64,000 bases of DNA from Bacteroidota bacterium (GTDB lineage: Bacteria > Bacteroidota > Bacteroidia > AKYH767-A > 2013-40CM-41-45). Location of the stretch: contig JANLPR010000108.1 in NCBI GenBank assembly GCA_031367345.1, positions 1,213 to 65,212 on the forward strand. Reading direction: 5' to 3'. Below are positions 27,255-37,024 of this stretch, piece after piece (within the stretch, counting starts at the first letter, position 1; each line of letters opens with the position of its first letter). A program made the translations under genes and the position numbers. The notes under the pieces are model-generated. The model did not search any database and was not told where the DNA came from. It worked only from the letters and a program-made list of their open reading frames with translations.

Positions 27255-28837
27255 GGCAAATTTTCATTATCGTATTTCTGTTAATTTTTTCTTCCTGTGC
27301 TATCCAAGTTGCACCTGCTGGAGGAGCAAAAGACACAACACCTCCGAAAGTTTCGAAAGTAACTCCAGGTAACTTATCGACGAATGTATTTGCTAATGAC
27401 ATTGCAATTACGTTCGATGAATTTATCTTATTGAAAGATGTAAGTACGCAACTTGTTGTTTCCCCACTTCTACAATATCCTCCTACAACTAAGATCAGAA
27501 AAAAAACTCTTTATATTCACCTCACCGATACATTAAAGGAAAATACTACATACACATTAAGTTTTGGCAATTCAATTTCCGATTTGAACGAAGGAAATGT
27601 GTTGGATAATTATCAGTATGTGTTTTCTACAGGGCCAATTTTAGATTCAATGAAAATAAAGGGGACTATAGAGACGGCATTCGATCATAAGAAAGATAAG
27701 GGAGTTTTTGCTTTATTGTATAAGAGCAATGATGATTCTTTGCCATTTAAAGAAAGGCCAATGTATTTTGGTAAGACAAATCCGGAAGGAGAATTTTCTG
27801 TCAATAATATTTCAACAGGGAAATACAAGGTAATTGCATTAGATGATAAGGATGGAAATTATTTGTACACGAAAGGTGCTGAATCGATTGGTTTTTTAGA
27901 TAGTATGGTTGATGCGGGTAATGAGAAATTAAAACTTCGACTGTTTAAAGAGAGTGAACCATTGCGAATTGTAAAAACGTTTTCTGTAGCGCCAGGCCAA
28001 ACGGTTTTAGTTTTTTCAGCTCCTGCAGATACTTTACAGATCAATTGGATTACGAATTTGAACAAGTTGAATGTATATGCTCAAGTTTTCTCAGAACACA
28101 AAGACTCGCTCACTATATGGTATAAAAATATTGAAGTGGACTCTTTAAGTTTTTTTATTCAGAAGGAAAATCGAAAAGATACAATTGATATTCGATTATT
28201 TAAAAAATCGAAAGAGCAGTCTAGTCGTGGTAAATTTTCATTGGTAGCAACAAGTAATGACCCATCGTCTGTTCATAATTATTTTGAATCGTATAAGATA
28301 AATTTTAATCACCCAATTTCTTCAATTGATATAGATAAATTTATTTTGAAACAAGATTCTGTTTTGGTGAGTGCAACACAATTTTATTTTTTAGACTTAT
28401 TAAAAACGCAGCTGGCAATATCATTTAAATGGAAGGAGAAATCGAATTACGATTTAACGATTCTTCCAAATGCAGCTAAAGATATTTATGAGTTGACGAA
28501 TGATACAACAAATTTTCAATGGAAAGTAAAATCGGAATCTGACTATGGAACATTGTCTGTTAAAATGCTAGGTGATAAGGAAAATAAAATTTTGCAATTG
28601 ATCGATGAAAAGGAAAATGTGATTAGGCAAACATATTTTACTTCAGACACAACTATTTCATATTTAAATCTTGACCCACGACTCTATAGGTTGAAGTTGA
28701 TCCATGATACAAATCGCAATGGAAAATGGGATACAGGTAAATTAATTGAAAAAATTCAGCCTGAGAAAACGGAGTATCATTCAGAAACGTTTAATGTACG
28801 AGCCAATTGGGATGTAGAAGTGAAATGGAATAAATAA
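27251..28837 (+). CDS. Ig-like-domain lipoprotein, function unknown
   Basis: Lipobox IFSSC. N-terminal APAGGAKDTTPPKVSKVTPGNLSTNV is typical of SbsA-Ig-like Bacteroidota lipoproteins. ATGA overlap with the upstream gene. Confidence 0.65.
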   Translation: MRQIFIIVFLLIFSSCAIQVAPAGGAKDTTPPKVSKVTPGNLSTNVFANDIAITFDEFILLKDVSTQLVVSPLLQYPPTTKIRKKTLYIHLTDTLKENTTYTLSFGNSISDLNEGNVLDNYQYVFSTGPILDSMKIKGTIETAFDHKKDKGVFALLYKSNDDSLPFKERPMYFGKTNPEGEFSVNNISTGKYKVIALDDKDGNYLYTKGAESIGFLDSMVDAGNEKLKLRLFKESEPLRIVKTFSVAPGQTVLVFSAPADTLQINWITNLNKLNVYAQVFSEHKDSLTIWYKNIEVDSLSFFIQKENRKDTIDIRLFKKSKEQSSRGKFSLVATSNDPSSVHNYFESYKINFNHPISSIDIDKFILKQDSVLVSATQFYFLDLLKTQLAISFKWKEKSNYDLTILPNAAKDIYELTNDTTNFQWKVKSESDYGTLSVKMLGDKENKILQLIDEKENVIRQTYFTSDTTISYLNLDPRLYRLKLIHDTNRNGKWDTGKLIEKIQPEKTEYHSETFNVRANWDVEVKWNK

Positions 28838-28850
28838 TTGAAATAGAACT

Positions 28851-29966
28851 ATGAAAATGAATCGCCGCATTGTTATTACCTTTGTTTTACTTGCTTTGTT
28901 TTCAAGCTGTAAAATTGGTCGCTATGTTTGGTATAATTTTTCAGACATTACAGACTATAAAATATTTCCTTCGCGTCCGTTGCATGGATCGGATCATCCG
29001 TTTAAGTTTATAGATGCACAGAAGAACTCCGCTATAGAAAACCAATTAGAAATTAAGGATCATGCAGGAGTAACAAAAACAATGGCCGCTTTTTTGAAAG
29101 AGTCGCCAACAGTTGCGTTTTTAATTATACGAAATGATAGTCTGTTGTATGAACGTTATTTTGATGAATATGATGCATCATCCATCATAGCGTCTTTTTC
29201 AATGTCTAAGTCGTATGTTTCTGCATTAATTGGTATTGCGATTGGAGAAGGAAAAATAAAAAGCGAAAATGATCCAATTGTAAATTATATACCTGAATTA
29301 AAAAACAAATACAATTGGAATAATGTAACCATTCATCATTTACTCCAGATGGCATCAGGTGTAAAATTCTCGGAGGGTTATTCATCGCCATTTAGTGGAG
29401 CAGCGGCTTTTTACTATGGGCGAACATTGCGAAGAAGTTTAGCACGTTTAAAAACCGAGAAAGGTCCGATGGAAGGCTTTGACTATAAAAGTGTAAATAC
29501 ACAATTGCTCGGACTCGTTCTTGAGCGTGCAACAGGAGAAACACTAACAGCTTACTTAGATGCCAAGATTTGGAAACCGTTGCAGATGGAATATGATGCA
29601 AGCTGGAGTATTGATAAAAAGAACGATGGCCTGGAGAAAGTGTTTTGCTGTATCAATGCTAGAGCACGCGATTTCGCTAAGTTTGGTCGGCTTTATTTAG
29701 AAGATGGCAGTTGGGATGGAAAGCAAATTGTCCCGTCAGAATGGGTTAGGAAATCAGTTGCAGCAAATAGTGAAAAAGGAGGGGCTGAATATTACAATCG
29801 ACAGTGGTGGGTTGGTCCGAAGGACGGTGATTTTTCTGCCATCGGTCATTTAGGTCAGTACATCTATGTGCAGCCTGCGAAGAATTTAGTAATAGTTCGC
29901 TTAGGTACTTCGCGAGCTAAAGAAGAATGGATCGATATTCTTAGGCAAGTAGCTAACCAAATGTAA
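28851..29966 (+). CDS. Serine hydrolase of the beta-lactamase/transpeptidase-like family
   Basis: Lipoprotein-like signal (LFSSC). SxxK motif in ASFSMSKSYVSALIGIAI. C-terminal HLGQYIYV (G-type box region). Confidence 0.75.
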   Translation: MKMNRRIVITFVLLALFSSCKIGRYVWYNFSDITDYKIFPSRPLHGSDHPFKFIDAQKNSAIENQLEIKDHAGVTKTMAAFLKESPTVAFLIIRNDSLLYERYFDEYDASSIIASFSMSKSYVSALIGIAIGEGKIKSENDPIVNYIPELKNKYNWNNVTIHHLLQMASGVKFSEGYSSPFSGAAAFYYGRTLRRSLARLKTEKGPMEGFDYKSVNTQLLGLVLERATGETLTAYLDAKIWKPLQMEYDASWSIDKKNDGLEKVFCCINARARDFAKFGRLYLEDGSWDGKQIVPSEWVRKSVAANSEKGGAEYYNRQWWVGPKDGDFSAIGHLGQYIYVQPAKNLVIVRLGTSRAKEEWIDILRQVANQM

Positions 29967-30007
29967 TTTTTTTCACCTTCCTGAAATTCAAATGTGTCTG
30001 CTACATT

Positions 30008-30048
30008 AAACGCAAATGAGCCCTCTTAGTGCAGGCTCATTTACGTTT
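30008..30048. terminator. Bidirectional terminator hairpin between convergent genes
   Basis: 15-bp stem aaacgcaaatgagcc / ggctcatttacgttt with one mismatch and an 11-nt loop, between stops at 29966 (+) and 30061 (-). Confidence 0.6.
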
Positions 30049-30060
30049 AAACTAATTCTA

Positions 30061-31782
30061 TTATTGAATTACAATTTTTTTATAAAAAATATTCTCATTC
30101 GTTTTAAGAGAAATAAAATAAGTGCCTGCTTTTAATTCAGCAGCATTGAAAAAATAATTCTTGCTACCGTAATTGTTTCCATTGTATATTATTTTTTCAT
30201 CTACGCCTAATATATTCTTAAGAGAAAGTTCAATCTTAATATTTTCCTTAGTGCTAATAGGGATACAGGTGATACTACTCGCTGGATTCGGGTAGGGATT
30301 TTCAAGAGAGTTTGATTGGTTCGCTAAAGGCAAAACAAGTGTATTAATAATCACATTGAATTTCCAATAGCCGCTAGGTGCAACAATAGGACGAACTTGA
30401 GTTTTTCCACTCACCGATGTCGCTTCAATATAGTAATAGACGATTGTCCCTCCTGCCTGAGCCGGAATATTCGTTTCAAAATAATCGGGCATGCCTGTTA
30501 TTGCGGTCATAGCAAGTGATGTGTAAGGAAGCAATGTATCGGTGCGATAAAAAAGTGTCGCTGTGTTTATTCCGCTTCGATGTTTGATCATTGCTTTTGC
30601 ATAATAGGCTCCGGTTGTTTGGTAAGTATCGTGTAGTGCTTGATGAGAGATCAATAATGGATTACTTGATGCTACTTCTTTTGTAATGCAATGAATGGCT
30701 CCTAACGAAGGGATAATAGCATTACAATTTATTCCTGTAATGGTGTAACCGGGAAGTGCTTCATGATAAATTCGAATTGCAGTAGTGTCGTACTGTTGTT
30801 CATATATTGGCAGGATCACTGTTTTATTTACAAAAACAGAATTTGTGAATGTTCGGTAGTCGCCATTGTTACTAGGATAAAGACCTGAAGCATCCGGCGG
30901 CATTTGTATTCTTATCACTTTGTAAGGTGTTCCAAAAACAGAATTGAAATTACTCAGTATGAATTGTAAGTTAGCTTCTATCTGTGGACCATCAGCAACA
31001 CCAATTGGGTATTGACCAACAAGAAGAGTTTCTTCATCAATCAATTTTATGTGCATATCAATATGGTGAATTACATCATAGGGAAGAGTAGGAAATTTTA
31101 TGTAACGGTTAATTCCCATAAATTTTTTCATTATTGTATCAATTTCAGCTTCTGTCTTACTCGGGTTTTCATTTAGTATTAAGTTAGAAGAAAAGCCGGT
31201 GCCGAAACCATCGCACATAAAATTTCCTCCAGTATGGATTAGGTCGTTAGGATTTGTTGTTGTGCTATACATAGGTAATCCTGTATAGTTTTGTATTACT
31301 CCGGGTATTGCATCATCATTTGCTCGTGGACGATTATAAATCCAATCGATAAGTGCTAATGAATCCACATCATTTGAGTAAATATTCCACTGACCATAAT
31401 CTCTACACCAAATTGTGTTGAACGGAGCAATTATATAATGAATGTTTTGGAGAGGAATAGCAGATGAAGTTAGTGTGTTCTTAACTGAAGTAGAGTCGCT
31501 GCAAATAATTAGAACTTGAGTTTCACTTTGAGCTGCTCTAACTATTTCTTTAAGAATCGTTGTGTAGCTGGTCCAAGTGATCATAAGAGCATCGATCTCT
31601 TCCCATTCTGCTGAAGCTCTTATAGAAGTTGATGGAGGAAGTGATTGTAGGTTTTGAGTTTTTGCATTTTGCAAATATAATGGCATTGCCATTTTTTCGC
31701 GGACACTCATGCGGTGATCATTTTGCGCTATACTACTAAAAGAGTTAACTGCAAAAAGTAATATTGGAATGAATAGCTTCAT
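30061..31782 (-). CDS. Secreted agmatine deiminase / Porphyromonas-type peptidylarginine deiminase family protein with T9SS CTD
   Basis: Signal peptide MKLFIPILLFAVNSFSSIAQ. Family motifs AEWEE, WCRDYG, TGGNFMCDG, HHIDMHIKL and catalytic-Cys box GAIHCITKE. These are followed by a ~90-aa Ig-like segment and CTD (YPNPASS...GTYFISL...KKIVIQ). Confidence 0.85.
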   Translation of the reverse strand: MKLFIPILLFAVNSFSSIAQNDHRMSVREKMAMPLYLQNAKTQNLQSLPPSTSIRASAEWEEIDALMITWTSYTTILKEIVRAAQSETQVLIICSDSTSVKNTLTSSAIPLQNIHYIIAPFNTIWCRDYGQWNIYSNDVDSLALIDWIYNRPRANDDAIPGVIQNYTGLPMYSTTTNPNDLIHTGGNFMCDGFGTGFSSNLILNENPSKTEAEIDTIMKKFMGINRYIKFPTLPYDVIHHIDMHIKLIDEETLLVGQYPIGVADGPQIEANLQFILSNFNSVFGTPYKVIRIQMPPDASGLYPSNNGDYRTFTNSVFVNKTVILPIYEQQYDTTAIRIYHEALPGYTITGINCNAIIPSLGAIHCITKEVASSNPLLISHQALHDTYQTTGAYYAKAMIKHRSGINTATLFYRTDTLLPYTSLAMTAITGMPDYFETNIPAQAGGTIVYYYIEATSVSGKTQVRPIVAPSGYWKFNVIINTLVLPLANQSNSLENPYPNPASSITCIPISTKENIKIELSLKNILGVDEKIIYNGNNYGSKNYFFNAAELKAGTYFISLKTNENIFYKKIVIQ

Positions 31783-31797
31783 CGTAATGTATTATAT

Positions 31798-32568
31798 TTA
31801 TTTTAATTCGAAATAATCTGCATCGTTACCGAAAGCAAAAGTTTCCCGGTGTTTTATTAATTCGGTTAAGTTAAGTTCAATAGTTTCGTATTTATTTTCA
31901 CTTGCGCTTAGTGATGACAGTTTTTCTCCTTTGAAATCGTAAACAGCGCTATCGCCTGAATGAAAAATATTTTTATTGTCATTTCCAATTCGATTTACTC
32001 CTACAACAAACGATTGGTTTTCGATTGCACGTGCGGGTAGCAAAGTTTTCCATGCCACATTTCTTCGTTCCGGCCAATTAGCAACATATATCAGCAAGTC
32101 GTAGTTTTCTTTTTTTGTTCTTCTGCTCCAAACCGGAAAACGAAGGTCGTAACAGATTAAAGGCAATATATTCCATCCGCGATAGTGTACAATTGTTTTT
32201 TCAGTGCCGGCAGAATAGTGATTATTTTCACCGGAATAAGTAAAGAGATGTCGTTTATTATAGGTGAGCAGTTGTTTTTCATCAGCCCAGATCAAACAAT
32301 TAAAATAATGTTTTCCTGATTTTAAAATGATACTTCCTGTAATTGCACACTTTTTTTTAGCCGCAATTTCTTTCATCCAAGAAACAGTTGGGCCGTTAAT
32401 ATCTTCAGCTAATAGAGAAGCATTCATTGAAAATCCGGTAGAAAACATTTCAGGCAAAATAATTAGATCTGTTTCTTCAGAAATAGTATCGATGATTTGT
32501 TTGAACGTGTCAAGATTGACCTTTTTATTTTCCCAAACAAGATCAGTTTGTATTATTGATATTTTCAT
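31798..32568 (-). CDS. yafV: Nitrilase-superfamily omega-amidase
   Basis: Collinear with E. coli YafV as I remember it: LPEMFSTGF, NKRHLF, RGWNILPLICYDLRFPVWSR (catalytic Cys), YVANWPERR, ARAIENQ. Confidence 0.85.
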   Translation of the reverse strand: MKISIIQTDLVWENKKVNLDTFKQIIDTISEETDLIILPEMFSTGFSMNASLLAEDINGPTVSWMKEIAAKKKCAITGSIILKSGKHYFNCLIWADEKQLLTYNKRHLFTYSGENNHYSAGTEKTIVHYRGWNILPLICYDLRFPVWSRRTKKENYDLLIYVANWPERRNVAWKTLLPARAIENQSFVVGVNRIGNDNKNIFHSGDSAVYDFKGEKLSSLSASENKYETIELNLTELIKHRETFAFGNDADYFELK

Positions 32569-32582
32569 CGATCAGCCTGTGT

Positions 32583-33773
32583 TTAAAAGGGATTTATGCT
32601 TGATATAAATTTACCTTCCGGAATTGAGCAAAGGATCTCGGCGGCTTTTTCTAGCACGACATTAGTTTTGGCAAAGCAGAAACGGAGTAGATGGTTGTCT
32701 TTTTTTGCATTATAAAAGGAAGATACAGGAATAGAAGCGATTTGTTTTTCTTTGGTTAATCGTACGGCAAAATCATAATCAGATTCTCGAGTGATGGCGC
32801 TAAAGTCTAAGCATTGAAAGTAGGATCCTGAGGCTGGTTTAAATTTGAATTTGGATCCTGCAATCAGCTTCAAAAAATAATCTCTTTTCTCCTGATAAAA
32901 TGCCGGCAGTTCAGAGTAGTTTTTATTTTTCATATAATCAGCAAGTGCATATTGAATGAATGTAGTGGAAGAGAATACAACAAACTGGTGAACTCTTCTA
33001 AATTCCGTCATTAAATTTTCAGGTGCTAAACAATAACCCATTTTCCATCCGGTGGTATGATATGTTTTGCCAAATGAAAAAATTACAAAACTTCTTTCAG
33101 CTAGTTTAGGATATTGGGTTACACTTTCATGTAGGAGACCGTCAAAAATTATATGTTCATATACTTCATCACTAATTATTACTATATCACTTTTGGAAGT
33201 TATTTTCTCAAGTTCCAACATGTCGTTCTTTGAGAGTACAGACCCCGCCGGATTTTGTGGAGAATTAATAATAATCATTTTAGTTCTATGCGAGATCATT
33301 TTTTTTACATTCTCCCAATCGATCGAAAAATCGGGAGCTTCAAGTGGAATATAGATTGGTACTCCTCCGGCTAATTCAATTGTAGGACCATAACAATCGT
33401 AAGCCGGTTCAAAAACAATTACTTCATCATTTTCCTTAATCATAGAAGTAATCGCAACATAAATTGCTTCTGTACCACCGCTTGTAATATTAATTTCTGT
33501 TTCGGGATTGTATCTTGCCCCGTAGAGCGTTTCAATTTTTTCTGCTATCCTTTCTCTCAATGGAAATATACCATGCATAGGAGCATATTGGTTCATTCCC
33601 TTTTTCATATACTGATTGGCCAGGGAAATCAGTTCTAAGTCCGGTTCAAAATTTGGAAATCCTTGTGAAAGATTTATTGCATTATGTTCGGTAGCCAAAG
33701 TGGACATAACGGAAAAAATTGTTGGGCCAACTTTAGGCAGTTTGGAATTTATTATGGCAGAGAAATGAGGCAT
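32583..33773 (-). CDS. ybdL: Class I PLP-dependent methionine/glutamine aminotransferase
   Basis: Strongly collinear with E. coli YbdL: INLSQGFPNF, NQYAPM.G, ISDEVYEHI, SFGKTYHTTGWKMGY (PLP Lys), LRFCFAK. Confidence 0.85.
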   Translation of the reverse strand: MPHFSAIINSKLPKVGPTIFSVMSTLATEHNAINLSQGFPNFEPDLELISLANQYMKKGMNQYAPMHGIFPLRERIAEKIETLYGARYNPETEINITSGGTEAIYVAITSMIKENDEVIVFEPAYDCYGPTIELAGGVPIYIPLEAPDFSIDWENVKKMISHRTKMIIINSPQNPAGSVLSKNDMLELEKITSKSDIVIISDEVYEHIIFDGLLHESVTQYPKLAERSFVIFSFGKTYHTTGWKMGYCLAPENLMTEFRRVHQFVVFSSTTFIQYALADYMKNKNYSELPAFYQEKRDYFLKLIAGSKFKFKPASGSYFQCLDFSAITRESDYDFAVRLTKEKQIASIPVSSFYNAKKDNHLLRFCFAKTNVVLEKAAEILCSIPEGKFISSINPF

Positions 33774-33834
33774 AGTTGGGTACCATTATAATGCTGAACT
33801 GTGAAGTTACTTTTTTTTATTTGGGAAAATTCTG

Positions 33835-33873
33835 AAAACAAAAAAAGGAACATCGCTTTGAAATGTTCCTTTT
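33835..33873 (-). terminator. Intrinsic terminator of the phosphorelay locus
   Basis: Stem ggaacat / atgttcc (33847-33853 / 33863-33869). On the minus strand it is followed by a T-run (plus-strand A-run 33841-33846). Lies about 25 nt past stop 33895. Confidence 0.6.
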
Positions 33874-33894
33874 ATTAATTAAAGCCCTTAGAAA

Positions 33895-34413
33895 TTACAT
33901 CCAGCCCGGATGGTTACTTATATAACCCATTTTGTATAGGATTAAAACAATAATAACCATGATGAGTAATGATAGTCCAAAAAGTAGTGTTAGTTTTTTG
34001 TACAAGCGTGCCTCACCTTGAAGTTTTATACGTTTAATAATGTTAAAAATTATATTTTCAGAGCGATGGAAAGCACTTTCACTTTTAACAATATAATCGA
34101 ACGCTCCGTATTTAATTGTATTTACCGCTACATCAATTTTGTCTTGACTAGAGATCATTACAACTTCAGTTTCAGGCTTGGCTTCCTTAATTTCTTTCAA
34201 GATATCAATACCATCCATCGCCGATTTTCCGGCCTTATCGAAATTATAGTCTAGAAAAATTATTTCCGGATTTTTGTCCAAGTTCTTCAAGCATTCTTCA
34301 CCGCTATTATAAACGGAGATCGTGAATGTGGAATACTTACTTAGATAATCTGCGAGCATAGTAGCTTGCATTGGATCATCGTCAACGATAAAGATATTTT
34401 TAACTTGTTTCAT
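33895..34413 (-). CDS. Response-regulator receiver domain with C-terminal transmembrane anchor
   Basis: Start moved to ATG 34413 (MKQVKNIFIVDDDPMQ). REC motifs (DD pair, IFLDYNF phospho-Asp region, VVMISS, YIVKS). C-terminal TM LTLLFGLSLLIMVIIVLILY. No DNA-binding domain. Confidence 0.8.
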   Translation of the reverse strand: MKQVKNIFIVDDDPMQATMLADYLSKYSTFTISVYNSGEECLKNLDKNPEIIFLDYNFDKAGKSAMDGIDILKEIKEAKPETEVVMISSQDKIDVAVNTIKYGAFDYIVKSESAFHRSENIIFNIIKRIKLQGEARLYKKLTLLFGLSLLIMVIIVLILYKMGYISNHPGWM

Positions 34414-34604
34414 AGAGTGATTGTGCTTCAAAAATATAAAAATATTTTGATAGCGGATGATTTTTATATTTATGAGAATGGTTCAATTTTAAGTCCTTGG
34501 TGAGCCCTTTTTTGCGGAAAATAGAAGAATTAAGGGTTATTGTGAAGGTTTTTGCTAAGAGGTTCAAATCTAAAACACTAGTTACAAAAACGAATTCAGT
34601 AAAT

Positions 34605-34946
34605 TTAAGCCAACTCTTTGCTTAATTCGTCGATTGCTAATTTGCAATGATTGTTGAATTCGTCAACGAGGCCGGGCAGTTGCTGAAGATTCGTTTTACT
34701 GGCCGAATACTCCTCAATTTGATTAATAGGTGCTTCGCCAGCTTTTATACCCATGTAAGTTATTTGTGGTTTTAATCCATGTGCTACCGCTTTTAATCCG
34801 TCGTAATTTCCTGACTCAAGTAGCTCCTTCATCTTCAGAAGTTGTTCCGGGCAAGACGTAACAAACATGCGAATGTACTTTTTCATTTTTTCGGAATTTC
34901 CTCCGGTAAATGCGGTTAAAAAAGTTAAGTCGGTGATCCTTTCCAT
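34605..34946 (-). CDS. Hpt (histidine phosphotransfer) domain protein
   Basis: 113 aa, four-helix pattern with the phospho-His motif AVAHGLKPQITYMG. Confidence 0.8.
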   Translation of the reverse strand: MERITDLTFLTAFTGGNSEKMKKYIRMFVTSCPEQLLKMKELLESGNYDGLKAVAHGLKPQITYMGIKAGEAPINQIEEYSASKTNLQQLPGLVDEFNNHCKLAIDELSKELA

Positions 34947-35004
34947 TCAAAGTATAATTTAGTAGGTTATAAATCTAATGTGTTTTAATAAGACAGCCAA
35001 ATTT

Positions 35005-36609
35005 CTATTTGATTTTACCTACAACAAGCCTATTCAGTTTGTTTAACAGGTCTTGTGTCTCGAATGGTTTGGAGATATATGCGTCCATACCCGACTCAAA
35101 ACATTTCGTTACTTCTTCAGGGGTTACATTGGCCGTCATTGCCATTATAGGAATAGTTCGTTTTTCAGAATTCAGTTGTCTAATACATTTTGTTGCATCA
35201 AATCCGTCCATCTCGGGCATTTGAATATCCATCAAAATCACATCATAATCATTAGAAGTAATTTTTTCAAGAGCCACCACTCCATTTTCGGCAGTTTCAA
35301 TCTTGAGTTCAGGAATCAGGTCGGCTAAAGTATCTATGGCAACCATCTGATTGAATTCGTTATCCTCGACCAATAAAATTCGTATTCCCTTCAATTGCTC
35401 ACCGGTAATTTCAATCAATACTTGCTCTTCCAAGTGATCTTTAGTTGTTCCAATTGAAAATGGAATTTTGAATATGAAAGATGTACCGGTGCCAAGCTCC
35501 GATTTAACGCTGATAGATCCTCCTTGCAATTCAATTAATTGTTTGGAAATAGTAAGTCCTAAACCGGTGCCACCAAATTTACGTGTCGTGTCGCTTGTAG
35601 CTTGAGAAAAGCTATCAAAGATTTTAGAACTATTCTCCTCTGAAATACCAATCCCGGTATCTGTCACACAAAATTGTAGCATACTTGTCATGCCCTGTTT
35701 GTTGATTTCAGAAATATTGATGGTTACACTTCCTGTTTGTGTAAATTTTATTGCATTACCTGCCAGATTATAAAGTATTTGATTTAGACGAGTGGGATCT
35801 CCTACAATAATCGGGGGTACAGATTGATCGATTACTATATTAAAAAGGAGGTTTTTTTCTTCTGCTTTAATAAGCATAGAGTGATAGACTGTGTCGAGTG
35901 ATTCAGCAAGTGAAAATGAAATTTTTTCAAAATCCATTTTTCCGGCTTCTATTTTTGAAAGATCAAGTATGTCATTAATTATTACCAAAAGATTTTCAGA
36001 CGACTTCTTAATAACGTTCAGGTATTTTTTTTGATGGTCGTCGAGTTCCGTCTTGTGTAATAAAGAAGTAAGGCCTACTATAGAATTCATAGGTGTCCTT
36101 ATTTCATGACTCATATTGGCAAGAAACTGTTGCTTGAACTTTTCACTTTGCTCTGCTTTTTCTTTTTCCTTAATTGTTGAAAGAAGTTTTTCTTGTGCTT
36201 CTTGTCCTAATCTAATAAATCGTGTTTCTTCCAGCGTTTTATTAATAGTCATATCTAGGTCTACGAAATCAATTGGCTTAGTAATAAAATCGAAAGCACC
36301 TTTATTCATAGCAGTGCGAATGTTTTCGAGGTCGCCATAAGCACTTACAACAACAGCTTTAAAATGTCCAAAGCGTTCTTTAATAATATTGAGCAAGGTA
36401 AGGCCATCCATCACCGGCATATTGATATCTGTTAATAGCATATCATACACGTTGCCGTTAGCTTCCAGTTTTTCAATAGCTATTTGTCCATTTGCTGCAA
36501 AATCGAAAATCAGTTCCTTATTCTTAATGCGGTGGCGAAATCGTTGATTGATCAACAATTCTAAATCTGGTTCGTCGTCCACCACCAAAATCCTTGCTAA
36601 TTCTACCAT
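35005..36609 (-). CDS. Hybrid sensor histidine kinase (REC-HisKA-HATPase-REC), no sensory or TM domain
   Basis: N-terminal REC (ILVVDDEPD, LLTDINMPVMDG). H-box MSHEIRTPMN. N/G boxes GNAIKFT, DTGIGI, GGTGLGL. C-terminal REC (ILLVEDNEFN, ILMDIQMPEMDG, MTAN). Confidence 0.9.
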   Translation of the reverse strand: MVELARILVVDDEPDLELLINQRFRHRIKNKELIFDFAANGQIAIEKLEANGNVYDMLLTDINMPVMDGLTLLNIIKERFGHFKAVVVSAYGDLENIRTAMNKGAFDFITKPIDFVDLDMTINKTLEETRFIRLGQEAQEKLLSTIKEKEKAEQSEKFKQQFLANMSHEIRTPMNSIVGLTSLLHKTELDDHQKKYLNVIKKSSENLLVIINDILDLSKIEAGKMDFEKISFSLAESLDTVYHSMLIKAEEKNLLFNIVIDQSVPPIIVGDPTRLNQILYNLAGNAIKFTQTGSVTINISEINKQGMTSMLQFCVTDTGIGISEENSSKIFDSFSQATSDTTRKFGGTGLGLTISKQLIELQGGSISVKSELGTGTSFIFKIPFSIGTTKDHLEEQVLIEITGEQLKGIRILLVEDNEFNQMVAIDTLADLIPELKIETAENGVVALEKITSNDYDVILMDIQMPEMDGFDATKCIRQLNSEKRTIPIMAMTANVTPEEVTKCFESGMDAYISKPFETQDLLNKLNRLVVGKIK

Positions 36610-36634
36610 AAAAAATTATTTAGTTTTGTTAATT

Positions 36635-37006
36635 CTAAGCATTCATTATTTTTTCTTTGAGTAAAGAAAAATCAACCGGCTTGGTGATGAAATCGTCGGC
36701 ACCTAGCTCCATTGCATTATTATAATTATTTTCATCGCCATAAGCCGTTACCATTACCACCTTTAAGGTAGCAAATTCTTCTTTAATTTTTTTCAGCAAC
36801 TGCAAGCCGGTCATCCCCGGCATATTAATATCACTGAGAACAAGTACAATATCAAAAGGGTCTAGTGTTCTCAAAAAAGTTAAAGCGTCTTCGCCATTAA
36901 AAGCGAAATGTATTTTTACTCTTTGCGCTTTAATTTCTTGTCGAAACCGTTGGTTGAACAATGATTCAACATCTATCTCGTCGTCAACTACCAATATTTT
37001 TATCAT
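36635..37006 (-). CDS. Stand-alone response-regulator receiver protein
   Basis: 123 aa. ILVVDDEIDV, LSDINMPGMTG, VVMVTAYG, DFITKP. No output domain. Confidence 0.9.
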   Translation of the reverse strand: MIKILVVDDEIDVESLFNQRFRQEIKAQRVKIHFAFNGEDALTFLRTLDPFDIVLVLSDINMPGMTGLQLLKKIKEEFATLKVVMVTAYGDENNYNNAMELGADDFITKPVDFSLLKEKIMNA

Positions 37007-37024
37007 ATTATTAGATTGAAAAAT

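Noticed and set aside
30061-32568. Agmatine deiminase plus nitrilase-family gene read as an AguA-AguB putrescine pathway
   Set aside because: The deiminase is exported via T9SS. The nitrilase-family protein is collinear with YafV omega-amidase and is paired with a YbdL-type aminotransferase, a known functional couple. It is therefore unlikely to be N-carbamoylputrescine amidase.
34565-34572. Exact TAnnTTTG (minus strand TAGATTTG) upstream of the membrane-anchored REC gene
   Set aside because: It lies about 150 nt from the start codon and the nearest -33-like element is only 12 nt away. It is not a convincing promoter.
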